Part shown: in pieces, positions 40,002-51,305 of the stretch | Layout of the letters: each line of letters begins with the position of its first letter | Position numbering within the stretch: the stretch's first letter is position 1 | Source: an uncultured Planctomycetota bacterium | GTDB lineage: Bacteria > Planctomycetota > Planctomycetia > Isosphaerales > Isosphaeraceae | Direction: 5' to 3' | DNA: 64,000 bases | Assembly: GCA_963823665.1 (NCBI GenBank) | Contig: CAWGMQ010000008.1 | Span: 608,001-672,000, forward strand | Made by a program: the position numbers and the translations under genes | Notes under the pieces: model-generated | What the model saw: only the letters and a program-made list of their open reading frames with translations | What the model was told of the DNA's origin: nothing | The model's database searches: none

Positions 40002-40095
40002 TTGAGATCGCCTCGCACGATATCGATGAGGATTGTCGCATGCGAGAATGGAGCAGGGGAGTTGAACTCCCGAGTGGTGACGACGCACAATTGTA

Positions 40096-41348
40096 CTACT
40101 GCTGTATCGCCGAGCTGACGACGGACAGGAATATTTTCTCCGCACCCGAGGAGTAGGTCGGCAAGACCTGGGTCATGAACACCCCGGTCATGTCATTGCG
40201 TGGGTCAATCCAGAATTGCGTCGAGTAAAAACCGCCCCAGCCATAACGGTGCAAGACGGGCTTTTCTCCGTCGCGACCGGCGGTCTGCACCAGGCCGAAT
40301 CCCAGACCATACTTCATCACGATGAAGGCAAAGTGTTTTCCGATCTGGTTCGTCGTCATCTCACCAATCGTCTCGGGCTTGAGAATCCGCGCACCTTGGA
40401 GCTCGCCGCGGTTGGCGAGCATCTGGGCGAATCGCGCGTAATCGCGTGCGGTTGAAAACAGGCCGCCCCCGCCCGATAAGAACGTGTCCGAACCGTAGTT
40501 CCTGGGGAGAGCGTTCAGGTTCCCCGACGGATCGGCGCGATAAATCGTCGCTACGCGGTCGCGCTTCGATTCTGGTACTTGAAACAATGTGTCGTACATC
40601 TCGAGCGGCTTGAAGATGCGTTCTTGCAGGTACACATCGAAACTCTGGCCGGACACAACCTCAATCAAGCGCCCCAGCACGTCGTGACTCAACCCGTAGG
40701 TCCAGCCCTCGCCGGGCTGATGGGCCAGCGGTACTCGCCCGAGCCGCTCGACCAGCTCGGCAATCGTCTTCTCGTTTCGGAAGCCAACGCCAGCCTTTGC
40801 ATACGCGCGGTCCAGCCGAGCGCCCTGGGATGAAGCGCAGCTCCGTACGAGAAACCTGCCGAGTGAGACAGCAGGTCGCGCACCGTGATAGGCCGCTTGG
40901 CCGGCACCGTGGCGATCGTCGACTCGGTGTCGTCCTTGGCCTGGCCGAGTACGCGCATTTCTTTGAGCGCGGGCAGGTACTTTCCGACGGGATCATCGAG
41001 CGCGATCTTGCCTTGCTCAACCAAGGTCATCACCGCCACGCAGGTGATCGGCTTGGTCATCGAGGCGATCGCGAAAATCGTATCTTCGGTCATTGGCGCT
41101 TTGCTCGCCAGATCGCGATAGCCGATCGACGTGACAGACGCCACCTTGCCGTGCCGGGCGACCAGTGCGACCGCTCCTGCGATCTTCGCGTCGTCGACAA
41201 GCTTCTGTAGTGCCGGTTTCAGCTCCGCAAGCTTTTCGGCCGAGAGCTTGACCTCATGCGGCTCTGCTTTGGGTAACTCTCCCGCTCGAACGGCTATCAC
41301 GCAGGCAAATAGTAGTGCAGCGGCAAGAACAGCGGTCGAGCGCATCAT
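40096..41348 (-). CDS. Serine hydrolase, beta-lactamase family (apparent frameshifts ~40690-40830)
   Basis: IASMTK (SxxK), LLSHSAG, GGGGLFSTARDY, WGG; signal peptide. Confidence 0.85.
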
Positions 41349-41478
41349 GAGCTCCTGGTTTTACGCGCAGTACGGCAATCGCATGGCTGATCGCAACGAT
41401 AGAAACAACCTGCGCTCGCCGCCATCAATCTCGCCAGTGTATCCCACGAACCGGGGCTTCGCATCAACACACCCGCTC

Positions 41479-41778
41479 CTACGTCTTTTCACCGAGCGGC
41501 CTCGGACCGGCGAGCGGCTCCTTCCGATCGATGATCGGCGGGCAAAGCGCCGCCATTTCACGATTGACGGCTACGAAATCCTTCCACTCATCCGGTACGT
41601 CGTCTTCATGGTAAATCGCGTGCACAGGGCACTCCGGCGTGCAAGCGTCGCAATCGATGCAGTGATCCGGGTCGATGAACAGCATTTGTTCGCCCTCACG
41701 AAAGCAGTCGCACGGGCAAACGACCACGCAGTCGGTGTACTTGCAGCCGAAACAGGGTTCCGTCACGACGAACGCCAT
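41479..41778 (-). CDS. fdxA: 7Fe-type ferredoxin
   Basis: MAFVVTEPCFGCKYTDCVVVCP...CIDCDACTPECP. Confidence 0.9.
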   Translation of the reverse strand: MAFVVTEPCFGCKYTDCVVVCPCDCFREGEQMLFIDPDHCIDCDACTPECPVHAIYHEDDVPDEWKDFVAVNREMAALCPPIIDRKEPLAGPRPLGEKT

Positions 41779-41934
41779 GATTTCCTCCCCACACGAGGCG
41801 TGTGACCTGACCTCATACTGATGAGGTAATGCCTTCTGCGGGCCCGGAGCGGCCAAGCTTTCCGAAAAGTTTGTTAGAATGTGAACGCGGTCGGTCTTTC
41901 GCGAACGCGGGTTGATAACAAGTGGTGATCCAAA

Positions 41935-43353
41935 ATGGGGAATGACGAGCGCCAGGCCGCCTGGAGTTCATTGGTCTTGCTCGAGGGCTGCCGCCTCGGG
42001 GATAACCTCGCCGCCGAGGCGCTTTTCTATCGTTATTTCGAACGACTCAAGGCGCTGGCACAGAGGCGGCTTCCATCGCGTTTGATGCGAAGAGCCGATC
42101 CCGAAGATGTTGTGATGTCCGTGTACCGAAGCTTCTTCGTCGGCGCTCGCGCCGGCCGATTCACGCTAACTCGCACCGGCGACCTGTGGCGGTTGCTGTC
42201 AGCCATTACCAAGCACAAGCTATTCCGGCAGATTCGCCGTCACATGGCTGGCCAACGGTCACTCGACCGTGAAGTGTCGGTTGACCAGATCGAGATTGGT
42301 CTTCTCCCGGCACAGCAACAGAAACCCTCGGCCGAGGAGACTGCGGCCTTTTCGGACGAGCTCGAATGGATATTCGGCCATCTCGACGCGACGGGCCGCC
42401 GTATACTCGAGCTCCGTGTGCAGGGAGCGGAGCTCGCCGAGATCGCGCAGGCGACGAGCCGCTCACACCGCACCGTCCGTCGGGTTCTCGCACAGGCCCG
42501 GGATCTCATCGCCAATCGTAAAGATGATCCAGACCCGTTGCTTTCGCATCAAGACTTCGTGTTGGAGCGAATGATCGGCTCAGGGCGTATGGGCAAGGTC
42601 TACGAGGCATGGCAACACAGCTCGAATCGAGCCGTCGCGGTGAAGTTTCTGCGCAAATCGCTTCTTGGCGAGCCTTACCTTGTTGAACGGTTCATCGACG
42701 AATCGCGAATCGTCGCGCGGCTCCGGCACACGAATATCGTCGGTGTGCAGGGTCTGGGTCGGACAACGGGCGGCTCTTATTTCCTCGTGATGGACCTCGT
42801 GCGCGGTCCCAATCTGGTTGAGCTCGCCAGGCGCCGGGAGATTTGCATCGCCGAGGCGATTCGCTGGACCATCGAGACTTGCTCTGCCCTCGAGCATGCC
42901 CACTCTAGAGGTGTCATCCATTGCGACATCAAGCCTGCGAATCTGCTGCTCGCACCGGATGGCGGGATACGACTTACCGACTTCGGCCTGGCGCGGTCGC
43001 TCTCCGCTGGAAAACCGCGGGCGGCCGAGATCGAAGGAACCGGACCGTTCATGGCGCCGGAGCAGGTATCACGTTCCTGGGGTTCCATCGACATACATAC
43101 CGACGTCTATGGCATCGGAGCGGTTCTGTTTACACTCTTGACGGGACGCCCGCCCTGGCCCGGTCGCAGACTCGCGGAAATCCTGGCTGACGTCACGAGC
43201 ACAGCTCCGGTCATCGCTCTCGACCGGCTTCGCCCTGAGCTGCCCCAACCCTTGAGGGAGATCTGCCGGCGGTGCCTCGCCAAGCCGCCGGGGCAACGTT
43301 ACCGTGGCCCGAACGACGTGCGATCGGCCTTGACTCGAGTGGCTGTCTCGTAA
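41935..43353 (+). CDS. ECF sigma factor fused to a Ser/Thr kinase
   Basis: N-terminal DPEDVVMSVYRSFF...LWRLL...EIAQAT..SHRTVRR; C-terminal IGSGRMG, VAVK, HCDIKPAN, DFG, FMAPE; single uninterrupted ORF. Confidence 0.88.
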   Translation: MGNDERQAAWSSLVLLEGCRLGDNLAAEALFYRYFERLKALAQRRLPSRLMRRADPEDVVMSVYRSFFVGARAGRFTLTRTGDLWRLLSAITKHKLFRQIRRHMAGQRSLDREVSVDQIEIGLLPAQQQKPSAEETAAFSDELEWIFGHLDATGRRILELRVQGAELAEIAQATSRSHRTVRRVLAQARDLIANRKDDPDPLLSHQDFVLERMIGSGRMGKVYEAWQHSSNRAVAVKFLRKSLLGEPYLVERFIDESRIVARLRHTNIVGVQGLGRTTGGSYFLVMDLVRGPNLVELARRREICIAEAIRWTIETCSALEHAHSRGVIHCDIKPANLLLAPDGGIRLTDFGLARSLSAGKPRAAEIEGTGPFMAPEQVSRSWGSIDIHTDVYGIGAVLFTLLTGRPPWPGRRLAEILADVTSTAPVIALDRLRPELPQPLREICRRCLAKPPGQRYRGPNDVRSALTRVAVS

Positions 43354-43384
43354 GAATCAGCCTTCCTGAAGGAGTGTTACCTTG

Positions 43385-44038
43385 ATGCGAATCACACCGA
43401 TCGCGGTCGTAACCATCGGATTGCTTCTGGGAGCCACAGCTTCGCTCGGGTCAGGCCGTCGCGACGAGCCGCCGGCGCGGCCGCCTTCAGTTGTGCGCTA
43501 TGACTCAAACGGCGAGCTCTTGCGACCGGAAGGGTATCGAAGCTGGGTCTTCGTCGGTGCCGACCTTGGTCTCGATTACTCGCAACGAAACGATCAGGCC
43601 CTCGATTATCCGAAGAGGAACGACGAGAAGGCGGACGATCAGCGGCCGTTTCACAACGTCTACGTCGATCGCGCGGCTTACGAACATTATGCGCGCACCG
43701 GCGAATTCCCGGACAAGACCATGCTGGTGCTCGAGCTATTCGAAGCGCGCCGAAAGGAGCCGCGGAACGTGGTGACTCGGGGGCTGTACGAGGGAAACCG
43801 CGTTGCGCTCGAGGTCGCGGTGAAGGATCGCCAGCGTCCGGACGGGTCCAAGGCGCCCTGGGCGTATTACGACTTCACGGGCCAGCCCGGCCCCAAAGGA
43901 CGCGATCTACGTCAATCTGCCAAGGCCAAGCCCGACGGATCGTGCTACGACTGCCACAAACAACATGCTGACGTGGACAACGTGTGGGTCCAGTTTTATC
44001 CGACGCTACGCGACCTGACGTATCCCGGCGCTCGATAA
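43385..44038 (+). CDS. Cytochrome P460 family protein
   Basis: Signal peptide, RPEGYRSWVFVG, FHNVY, VAVKD, CYDCH, VQFYP. Confidence 0.85.
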   Translation: MRITPIAVVTIGLLLGATASLGSGRRDEPPARPPSVVRYDSNGELLRPEGYRSWVFVGADLGLDYSQRNDQALDYPKRNDEKADDQRPFHNVYVDRAAYEHYARTGEFPDKTMLVLELFEARRKEPRNVVTRGLYEGNRVALEVAVKDRQRPDGSKAPWAYYDFTGQPGPKGRDLRQSAKAKPDGSCYDCHKQHADVDNVWVQFYPTLRDLTYPGAR

Positions 44039-44077
44039 GGGCCTCGTTCGGCGACACGGATCGGAGTCTGACGCATC

Positions 44078-45487
44078 GTGACTCAGTGGCTCACAACGAT
44101 CTACTCCTGGTTCTACTCCGAGATTTTCACCCGGATCGGCTTCCTCCTCGCTCTGATTCTGATGGCCGGTCTGCTGCGACAACGACGATCCCCCAGCAGC
44201 ACGATCGCCTGGCTGCTGGCCATTCTGTTGATGCCGAACGTCGGCGTGCCGCTCTACATCATCTTCGGCGGCCGCAAGGTGCGCCGCATGGCACGGCGCA
44301 AACAGCCGATATACCAGACCGCAGGAGTGCCCCCTGGCGACGAGCCTGATGGTCCCGTGCAACGCCTGCTGGCGTCGTACGGAGTTCCGCCTCCGTCGAC
44401 GGATAATTGTCTGGAGCTGGTAACCTCCGGTGTCGAGGCTTACGAGCGCGTCGTCGAACTGATCGAGGGAGCCCGTTCGAGCATCCACATCACGACCTAC
44501 ATTCTCGGCAGTGACAAGGGAAGCAAGGCACTGGTCGAATGCCTCACGCGCAAAGCGTCACAGGGCGTCGCCGTCCGCGTGCTCATCGACAGCTTCGGCT
44601 CGTGGCGGCTCCGGCGCAGCTACCTGGCTTCGCTCGTTGCTGCCGGCGGCGAGGTTGCATCGTTCATGCCGGTTCTCAACCTTTTTCGCGGCCGCGCCAA
44701 CCTGAGAAATCATCGCAAACTCGTCGTGGTCGACTCTCGCTCGGCTTTGACCGGTGGCATGAATCTGGCTTGGCCCTACATCGGCCCACCGGGATCGACT
44801 GGACTCTGGCGCGACCTTTCCGTCGTCGTCGAAGGGCCCGCGGTTGCCGAGCTCGATTCACTCTTCACATCCGACTGGACGTTTGCCACCGGCCGAGACC
44901 CCCGCAGTGGCCCATCCCTGGATCTGGTGTCGTGCGCCACCGGGTTCGAGGCAACCACGGTTCAGGTCGTTGCCAGCGGACCGGACGTCGCGGGCGACCC
45001 GCTCTACGAAGCCTTGCTGGCTCTGATCTTCTCAGCACGTACGCGAATCTGGATCGTCACCCCCTATTATGTTCCCGATGAGATGTTGTCTCGAGCGCTG
45101 GGCCTGGCTGCCCGGCGCGGCGTTGATGTCCGCCTGATCGTGCCCGCGCGATCAAACCACATCTCCGCCGATCTCGCCCGCGCCAGCTACGTTCGCGACC
45201 TGCACACCGCCGGCGGAAGCATCCTGTTCTACGAACCCGTGATGCTTCATGCCAAAGCCGTCCTTTTCGATGACCGCCTTGCGGTCATCGGATCCGCCAA
45301 CATGGATATGCGCAGCCTGTTCCTGAATTTCGAAGTCGCGCTCTTCGTGCACTCTCCAAAGCAGGTGGACCAGGTCGCAACCTGGGCCGAAGCACTGATG
45401 GCCGGCTCAAAGCCCGAGATGCCCACGCCCGGATGGGCTCGTGAGCTTTTCGAAAACGTCGTCCGGCTCTTCGCACCGCTACTGTAG
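44078..45487 (+). CDS. cls: Cardiolipin synthase (PLD family)
   Basis: Two HKD motifs (NHRKLVVVD, HAKAVLFD), GSANMD, N-terminal TM helices. Confidence 0.9.
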   Translation: MTQWLTTIYSWFYSEIFTRIGFLLALILMAGLLRQRRSPSSTIAWLLAILLMPNVGVPLYIIFGGRKVRRMARRKQPIYQTAGVPPGDEPDGPVQRLLASYGVPPPSTDNCLELVTSGVEAYERVVELIEGARSSIHITTYILGSDKGSKALVECLTRKASQGVAVRVLIDSFGSWRLRRSYLASLVAAGGEVASFMPVLNLFRGRANLRNHRKLVVVDSRSALTGGMNLAWPYIGPPGSTGLWRDLSVVVEGPAVAELDSLFTSDWTFATGRDPRSGPSLDLVSCATGFEATTVQVVASGPDVAGDPLYEALLALIFSARTRIWIVTPYYVPDEMLSRALGLAARRGVDVRLIVPARSNHISADLARASYVRDLHTAGGSILFYEPVMLHAKAVLFDDRLAVIGSANMDMRSLFLNFEVALFVHSPKQVDQVATWAEALMAGSKPEMPTPGWARELFENVVRLFAPLL

Positions 45488-45511
45488 TAATGATCGGCCA
45501 TGCCGCTACCG

Positions 45512-47092
45512 TCACTGTGCTGCTGCATGGAGACTCAAATGGCCTTCGCTCAGGTGCTGTTCGATTGAAGCGCACGCCCCTGGATCCGCTGCCGGCGGAC
45601 CGGCTGCGGGCGCGTCCGGCATCTCGAATTTGAGCAGAGCGGAAAGGATCTTTCCCGCCCAGCGGTACACGTTGTTGTCCTGCACGGCCGACCGCATGCG
45701 CTGCATTCGTCGCTTCCGCTCGGCCGGCGACATTCCGATGGCCAGCCGGATCGCGTCGGCGAGTTCGTCGATTGCATACGGATTGAACAGAAGAGCATCG
45801 CTGAGCTCGAGAGCAGCCCCGGCAAACTGGCTCAAGAGCAGGACGCCATCCTCGTCCGGCCGGCTAGCGACGAACTCCTTGGCAACCAGGTTCATTCCAT
45901 CATGAAGCGAGCTGACGACGCAGAAGTCAGCCAGACGATGGAGTGCAGTCATCTCCACCGGCGAGAAGTGCCGCTTGAAGTAAATCACGGGGCGCCACCT
46001 CTGCGTTCCCCATTTCCAGTTGAGCCGCTCGACCTGACTGTCGATCTCCTTGTCAATCTGCTGATATGAAGCGATGTGCCCTCGGGACGGCACGCCAACT
46101 TGCACGAACGTGAGACGCTCGCGGAACTCCGGGTAACGCTGGAAGAACCGATCGAGTGCTTCGAACCGCTCGGGAATCCCCTTGGTGTAGTCAATCCGTT
46201 CGATACCGATTCCCAGAATATCGCCGCGGCGGCCGAGCATTCGCCGCATCTTGACGATCTCCTGCTCTACCTCACTCGAACGTGCCAGCGCCTCCTGGCG
46301 CTCGAAATCGATGCTGATGGGAAAAGGTCGCACCAGGGTCGACTTGCCCCCGCGTACAATCTCACCCTGCTCCTGGTCGATGCGGGCTTCGAGCGTTCGA
46401 TCGACGACCTCGAGGAAATTCTGGCAGTGGTATCGCAGGTGGAATCCCAGAAGATCATTTCCCAGCAGTCCCTCGAGCAGTTCCTCCTTCCACGGAAAGA
46501 CGCGAAACGTTTCGCGGTTGGGCCAGGGAATGTGCCAGAACTGGGCGATGATCAGGTTAGGATTTCTTTCCTTGAGGTATCGCGCGAGCAGTGCGAAGTG
46601 GTAATCCTGGATAAATACGAACGCCGGTCGCCCCGCCGCCTCCTCAAGCACGGCGTCGCCAAACAACTGGTTCACCCGGCGATACATCTCCCAGTGCTCC
46701 GGACGAAACACCGGACGGGTGAACGTCACATGACAAAGCGGCCAGAGACCCGCATTCGAGAGCCCATGGTAATAGCCTTCCTCCTCTTCCTTGGTCAGCC
46801 ACACTCTTCGTAGAGTGTAACTGGGGTCTTCCGGCGGAACCTGAACGTGATCGAACTCATCGACCATCGCGCGGTCGGCGTCGCCCGAACCATGGCCCAC
46901 CCACACGCCGCCCGATGCCCGCATCACCGGGTCGAGCGCAGAAGCCATCCCGCTCGCGGGACGCTGGCAGGCAATCGTATCGCCGCCTTCTTCATAATTG
47001 TGGATGAACGGCTCCCGGTTCGCGACCACGATCATTGGATAATCCGTGATCTTGGCCCCGATCAGCTCATGCAGCGATTCCTTGTCCCACAT
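45512..47092 (-). CDS. otsA: Trehalose-6-phosphate synthase (GT20)
   Basis: VANREP, QDYH, HIPWP, RIDYTKG, DGMNLVAKE. Confidence 0.9.
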   Translation of the reverse strand: MWDKESLHELIGAKITDYPMIVVANREPFIHNYEEGGDTIACQRPASGMASALDPVMRASGGVWVGHGSGDADRAMVDEFDHVQVPPEDPSYTLRRVWLTKEEEEGYYHGLSNAGLWPLCHVTFTRPVFRPEHWEMYRRVNQLFGDAVLEEAAGRPAFVFIQDYHFALLARYLKERNPNLIIAQFWHIPWPNRETFRVFPWKEELLEGLLGNDLLGFHLRYHCQNFLEVVDRTLEARIDQEQGEIVRGGKSTLVRPFPISIDFERQEALARSSEVEQEIVKMRRMLGRRGDILGIGIERIDYTKGIPERFEALDRFFQRYPEFRERLTFVQVGVPSRGHIASYQQIDKEIDSQVERLNWKWGTQRWRPVIYFKRHFSPVEMTALHRLADFCVVSSLHDGMNLVAKEFVASRPDEDGVLLLSQFAGAALELSDALLFNPYAIDELADAIRLAIGMSPAERKRRMQRMRSAVQDNNVYRWAGKILSALLKFEMPDAPAAGPPAADPGACASIEQHLSEGHLSLHAAAQ

Positions 47093-47515
47093 TGGCACCT
47101 CCCATCTTGGAAGACTTGGAGCGCGAAGACGGGTTTCATCAACGCACGTATGCACCATTCCTTGGTCGTGAGGATGAATCCTGCTGAAGTAATGTTTTCA
47201 TAATCATTCACAACGATTCAAGGCTCGAAAATCCATTTCACGCCATACCTTTTCCACGTACCGCCACGCGTTCGCGCTTTCTTGTGCGCGGAATCGTCAT
47301 GCCTTGCCAATATTGACGCGCCATACGCTGTGATAGGAACGCGACATGATGGCGTGCAATCGATCTGGTCAAGCCGTTTGAGTGCCGCTCAAGGGTATTT
47401 TGGCCGAGGTCAGTCGTTACGATGCAAATCCGATGCCGAGCACAACGTTTTCGGTAGGGCATCAAATTCATCATCACGTCGTCACGACCGCGATCGCTCG
47501 TGGCCAAGCGTCGTC

Positions 47516-48742
47516 TCAGGCTTCATTGACGACACCTCCGACTGGATTCGATTCGAGGTCGATCGCCGATGAGGCAGCACGCGCAAGGAGATGCTTGAGC
47601 ACCACTGGGGCGAATAACGTCGTGACCATCACCATCATCGTGACTGCGCCGAAGAGCCCCGCATCGAACACCCCCGCCGCGAGCCCTGCCTGTGCAAAGA
47701 TCAGCCCCACCTCGCCGCGCGGCACCATCCCCACGCCGACCACCATCTTGTTGCCTCGAAACCAGAACGGCGCAAATCCCGCAGCCAGCTTGCCCGTGAC
47801 GCCAACGAGGATCAGCACCAACCCGACGACCAGAGATTGCCGGCTGCTGGGAACGACCGGATTCAGCGCGTTCAGATCGACCGCCGCTCCAACCGCAACG
47901 AAAAAGAGCGGAACGAAGAAGTGGCCGATCTCGGTGATCCCGCGCTCGATTTCGTGCGATTGCGGAGCTCGCACCACCAGCAGGCCGGCGGCAAACGCCC
48001 CGATGATCATCGCGGAGCCACACTTATCAGCCAGCCAGGCCAGCCCAAACGCAGCGACGAGCGCGAGGGCCGTCGCTGTGCCCGGCAGCTCTATCCGCCC
48101 CGCCCAGCGGAAGAGAATTGGCACCACATGCCGACCCACCAAGAGCGCAGCCACGAGAAAGCCCAGCGCGCTTGCTGTCGTCTGCAGAATCCCCAACCAG
48201 GAGACCTCCCGGCCTTCTGCCAGCTCGCCCACCACCCCCAGGATGAGCAGCCCCAGCACGTCATCCATCACGGCGGCGCCCAGGATGATTTGACCTTCGG
48301 GCTCGTGGAGCCGCCCCAGATCCGATAGCACTCGCGCGGTGATTCCCACACTGGTTGCCGTGAGCGTCGCCGCAGCTACAATCGAGACAACCGTGCTCAG
48401 CCCCATTAGCCGGCACGCCGCGAAGCCCAGGCCCAGCGGCAACGCCACCCCGGCCACCGCCACTGCCAGTGATGTCACTCCCACTTTCAACAGCCGTCCA
48501 AGATCAGTCTCGATGCCAATCGCGAACAGCAGAATCACCACGCCCAGCTCGGAAATCAGTTGAATCGTCTCGATCTGCGGATCCACCAGCCCTAGCACCG
48601 ACTTCCCAACCACCACCCCACCGATCAGCTCGCCCAGCACCGCCGGCTGCCCAGCTCGTTGCGCCAGGTAGCCAAATACCTTGGCCGCTACCAGCATCAC
48701 GACCAGAATTCCCAGTAACTGTGAAATGTGCAGATGTTCCAT
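47516..48742 (-). CDS. CPA2 cation:proton antiporter
   Basis: GQPAVLGE, ATSVGIT, AAVMDD, PRGEV. Confidence 0.92.
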   Translation of the reverse strand: MEHLHISQLLGILVVMLVAAKVFGYLAQRAGQPAVLGELIGGVVVGKSVLGLVDPQIETIQLISELGVVILLFAIGIETDLGRLLKVGVTSLAVAVAGVALPLGLGFAACRLMGLSTVVSIVAAATLTATSVGITARVLSDLGRLHEPEGQIILGAAVMDDVLGLLILGVVGELAEGREVSWLGILQTTASALGFLVAALLVGRHVVPILFRWAGRIELPGTATALALVAAFGLAWLADKCGSAMIIGAFAAGLLVVRAPQSHEIERGITEIGHFFVPLFFVAVGAAVDLNALNPVVPSSRQSLVVGLVLILVGVTGKLAAGFAPFWFRGNKMVVGVGMVPRGEVGLIFAQAGLAAGVFDAGLFGAVTMMVMVTTLFAPVVLKHLLARAASSAIDLESNPVGGVVNEA

Positions 48743-48897
48743 GATGCATGCGGTCATGGCAAGCGGACTTGTCCGCAGTGGGGGTGCAAGCTAAAATAGA
48801 ATGCTAACGAACGAATTGTGGTCCAATAGTCCCCCCAGATCGCCGTGCGCCATTCAAGGAGTCGCTGGCCTCCGGGAAGGCGAGGCTCAGCTCGACA

Positions 48898-50724
48898 ATG
48901 AAGCGACGCGACGACATTCGAAACGTGGCTATCATAGCACATGTCGACCACGGGAAAACGACCCTGGTCGACGCGATGCTTCGTCAGTCAGGGCAGTATC
49001 GGGCATCACAGCTCCAGGGTGAGCGGATTCTCGACTCCAACGACCTTGAGCGGGAGCGCGGCATCACCATCCTGGCCAAGAACATCGCCATCTCGTTCGG
49101 CGACACCAAGATCAATCTGATCGATACGCCCGGCCATGCCGATTTCGGCGGCGAGGTCGAGCGCACGCTCCAGATGGCCGACGGCGCCTTGGTCTTGGTG
49201 GATGCCTTCGAAGGTCCGATGCCGCAAACCAAATTCGTGCTCCGCAAGGCCTTTGCACGCCACATCCGGCCCATCGTCGTCATCAACAAGATCGATCGGC
49301 CCGACGCTCGGCCCACAGAAGTCCTAAACGAGATCTTCGACACGTTCGTCGAGCAGGGAGCCAGCGAGCTTCAACTCGACTTTCCTTATATCTATGCGTC
49401 GGGGAAAGCCGGTCTTGCCTCTCATGACCCCCATGCAACCTCCGGCGACATCAAACCGCTCTTCGAGATGATCATGGAGCACGTGCCGGGGCCGGTTGTC
49501 GACCCCGATGGGCCTTTCCGCATGCTCTGCACCACCCTCGACTTCTCGGAATACGTCGGGCGCATCGCCGTCGGGCGCATCGTCTCGGGCGCGCGGCGCG
49601 GCCAGAAGGCTGCGTTGATCAAATCTGGCGACAAGTTGGTCGCCGGATCCATCGACAGCGTGATGGTCTTCGACAAGCTCGGCCGTGCCGAGGTCGAAAC
49701 GGCCGAAGCCGGCGACATCGTCGCCATCGTCGGTCTGGGTTCCGTCGACATCGGCGACACCATCGCCGACCCCGAAAACCCCGTCGCGTTGCCGCGAATC
49801 GAAATCGATGAGCCAACGTTGAGCATGCTTTTCCGCGTCAACGATTCCCCACTCTGTGGCGAGGGCCAGTTTCTCACGTCGCGCCACCTCAAGGAACGGC
49901 TCGACCGCGAGCTCGAGTCCAACGTCGCCCTGCGCGTCGAGCCCAGCGACGAACGCGACGCCTTCAAAGTCTCCGGTCGCGGCTTGCTCCATCTTTCGAT
50001 CTTGATCGAAACCATGCGCCGCGAAAGCTATGAGCTCTCCGTCGGCAAGCCCGAAGTCATCTACCGCGAGATCGACGGAGTCACTTGCGAGCCGTACGAA
50101 TTCCTGGTCGTCGACGTCCCCCACAGCCACATCGGGCCTGTGATCGAGCACACCGGCGGACGCCGCGGCGAAATGACCAAGATGGATGTCAAGGGAGCGT
50201 ACGCCCACATCGAGTTCCTGATCCCCGCCCGCGGTCTGATCGGCCTGCGCACCCGCTTGATGAGCGCAACCCAGGGCGAGGCGATCATGCACCACAACTT
50301 CCACGACTATCGCCCGGTCAAAGGCGACGTCCCCAAACGCCAGAACGGCGTGATGGTCAGCCTCGTCCGCGGACCGGCCGTCGCCTATTCCCTCGATAAC
50401 TTGCAACAGCGCGGCTCCATGTTCATCTCACCCGGCGACGCCATTTACGAAGGCATGATCATCGCCGAGAACGCGCGCGGCGACGATATGGTCGTCAACC
50501 CCTGCAAGGAGAAAAAACTCACGAACATGCGGGCCTCGGGCTCAGACAAGAACATCCTGCTCAAGCCGCCGCGCGAGCTGACACTCGAGATCGCGCTCGA
50601 ATATATCGAAGACGACGAGCTCGTCGAAGTCACTCCTTCGTCCATTCGCCTCCGCAAGAAAATCCTCTCCGACGAGAGCCGCAAGCGCTCGGAGCGCGGC
50701 AGCGGCAAGGCCGTGAGGGTTTGA
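48898..50724 (+). CDS. typA: Translational GTPase TypA/BipA
   Basis: AHVDHGKT, RGITI, DTPGH, NKID, GRGLLHL, KKLTNMRASGSD. Confidence 0.97.
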   Translation: MKRRDDIRNVAIIAHVDHGKTTLVDAMLRQSGQYRASQLQGERILDSNDLERERGITILAKNIAISFGDTKINLIDTPGHADFGGEVERTLQMADGALVLVDAFEGPMPQTKFVLRKAFARHIRPIVVINKIDRPDARPTEVLNEIFDTFVEQGASELQLDFPYIYASGKAGLASHDPHATSGDIKPLFEMIMEHVPGPVVDPDGPFRMLCTTLDFSEYVGRIAVGRIVSGARRGQKAALIKSGDKLVAGSIDSVMVFDKLGRAEVETAEAGDIVAIVGLGSVDIGDTIADPENPVALPRIEIDEPTLSMLFRVNDSPLCGEGQFLTSRHLKERLDRELESNVALRVEPSDERDAFKVSGRGLLHLSILIETMRRESYELSVGKPEVIYREIDGVTCEPYEFLVVDVPHSHIGPVIEHTGGRRGEMTKMDVKGAYAHIEFLIPARGLIGLRTRLMSATQGEAIMHHNFHDYRPVKGDVPKRQNGVMVSLVRGPAVAYSLDNLQQRGSMFISPGDAIYEGMIIAENARGDDMVVNPCKEKKLTNMRASGSDKNILLKPPRELTLEIALEYIEDDELVEVTPSSIRLRKKILSDESRKRSERGSGKAVRV

Positions 50725-50747
50725 TCGGACCGCAGCCTGGTGGTGTA

Positions 50748-51281
50748 TCAGACAAGGTCCTCGGCCAAAAGGCTGAAAAGCTCAACGTCGTGCCAGCGGC
50801 CGTCACGCCAGAACTTGCGCCGCGCCACTCCCTCGTGCCGATAACCGGCTTTCTCGAAAACTCGCTTCATCGCCGGGTTCATCGTATGACCCTCGATGCG
50901 GTGTAACCCCAGCTCACCGAAGGCAAAGCGCGTCCGCACCCGAACGGCATCCGTGGCGTAGCCCTTGCCCCAGGCCGATCGATCGCCGATGAAAAGGCCG
51001 CCGGTTGCCCACCGATTGCGCCAGTTGATCTCGTGCAAGCCGATGAACCCGATGTGCCGGCCCTTCTCGTCGATGATGGCCCAGACAAAGTCACCGTTCT
51101 GACGCGTTTCGATCGAATCGAAGAAAAGCTCTTCCTGGCGCCGGCTGAATCCCAGGTTCAGCTTGAGTGTCGCCGTGACCTCTGGGTCGTTCAGCCATGC
51201 CAGGGCGTTTTCGAGGTGCAGCGTCCGGTCCGGCGGCAACAGCCGGACGCGCTCCCCGCGTTGCCCGACGATTTCCATCAC
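50748..51281 (-). CDS. GNAT N-acetyltransferase (RimL-like)
   Basis: WGKGYAT...AFGELGLHRI...EKAGY. Confidence 0.88.
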   Translation of the reverse strand: MMEIVGQRGERVRLLPPDRTLHLENALAWLNDPEVTATLKLNLGFSRRQEELFFDSIETRQNGDFVWAIIDEKGRHIGFIGLHEINWRNRWATGGLFIGDRSAWGKGYATDAVRVRTRFAFGELGLHRIEGHTMNPAMKRVFEKAGYRHEGVARRKFWRDGRWHDVELFSLLAEDLV

Positions 51282-51305
51282 ATTCTCCTCACGTATTTCG
51301 ATTGA

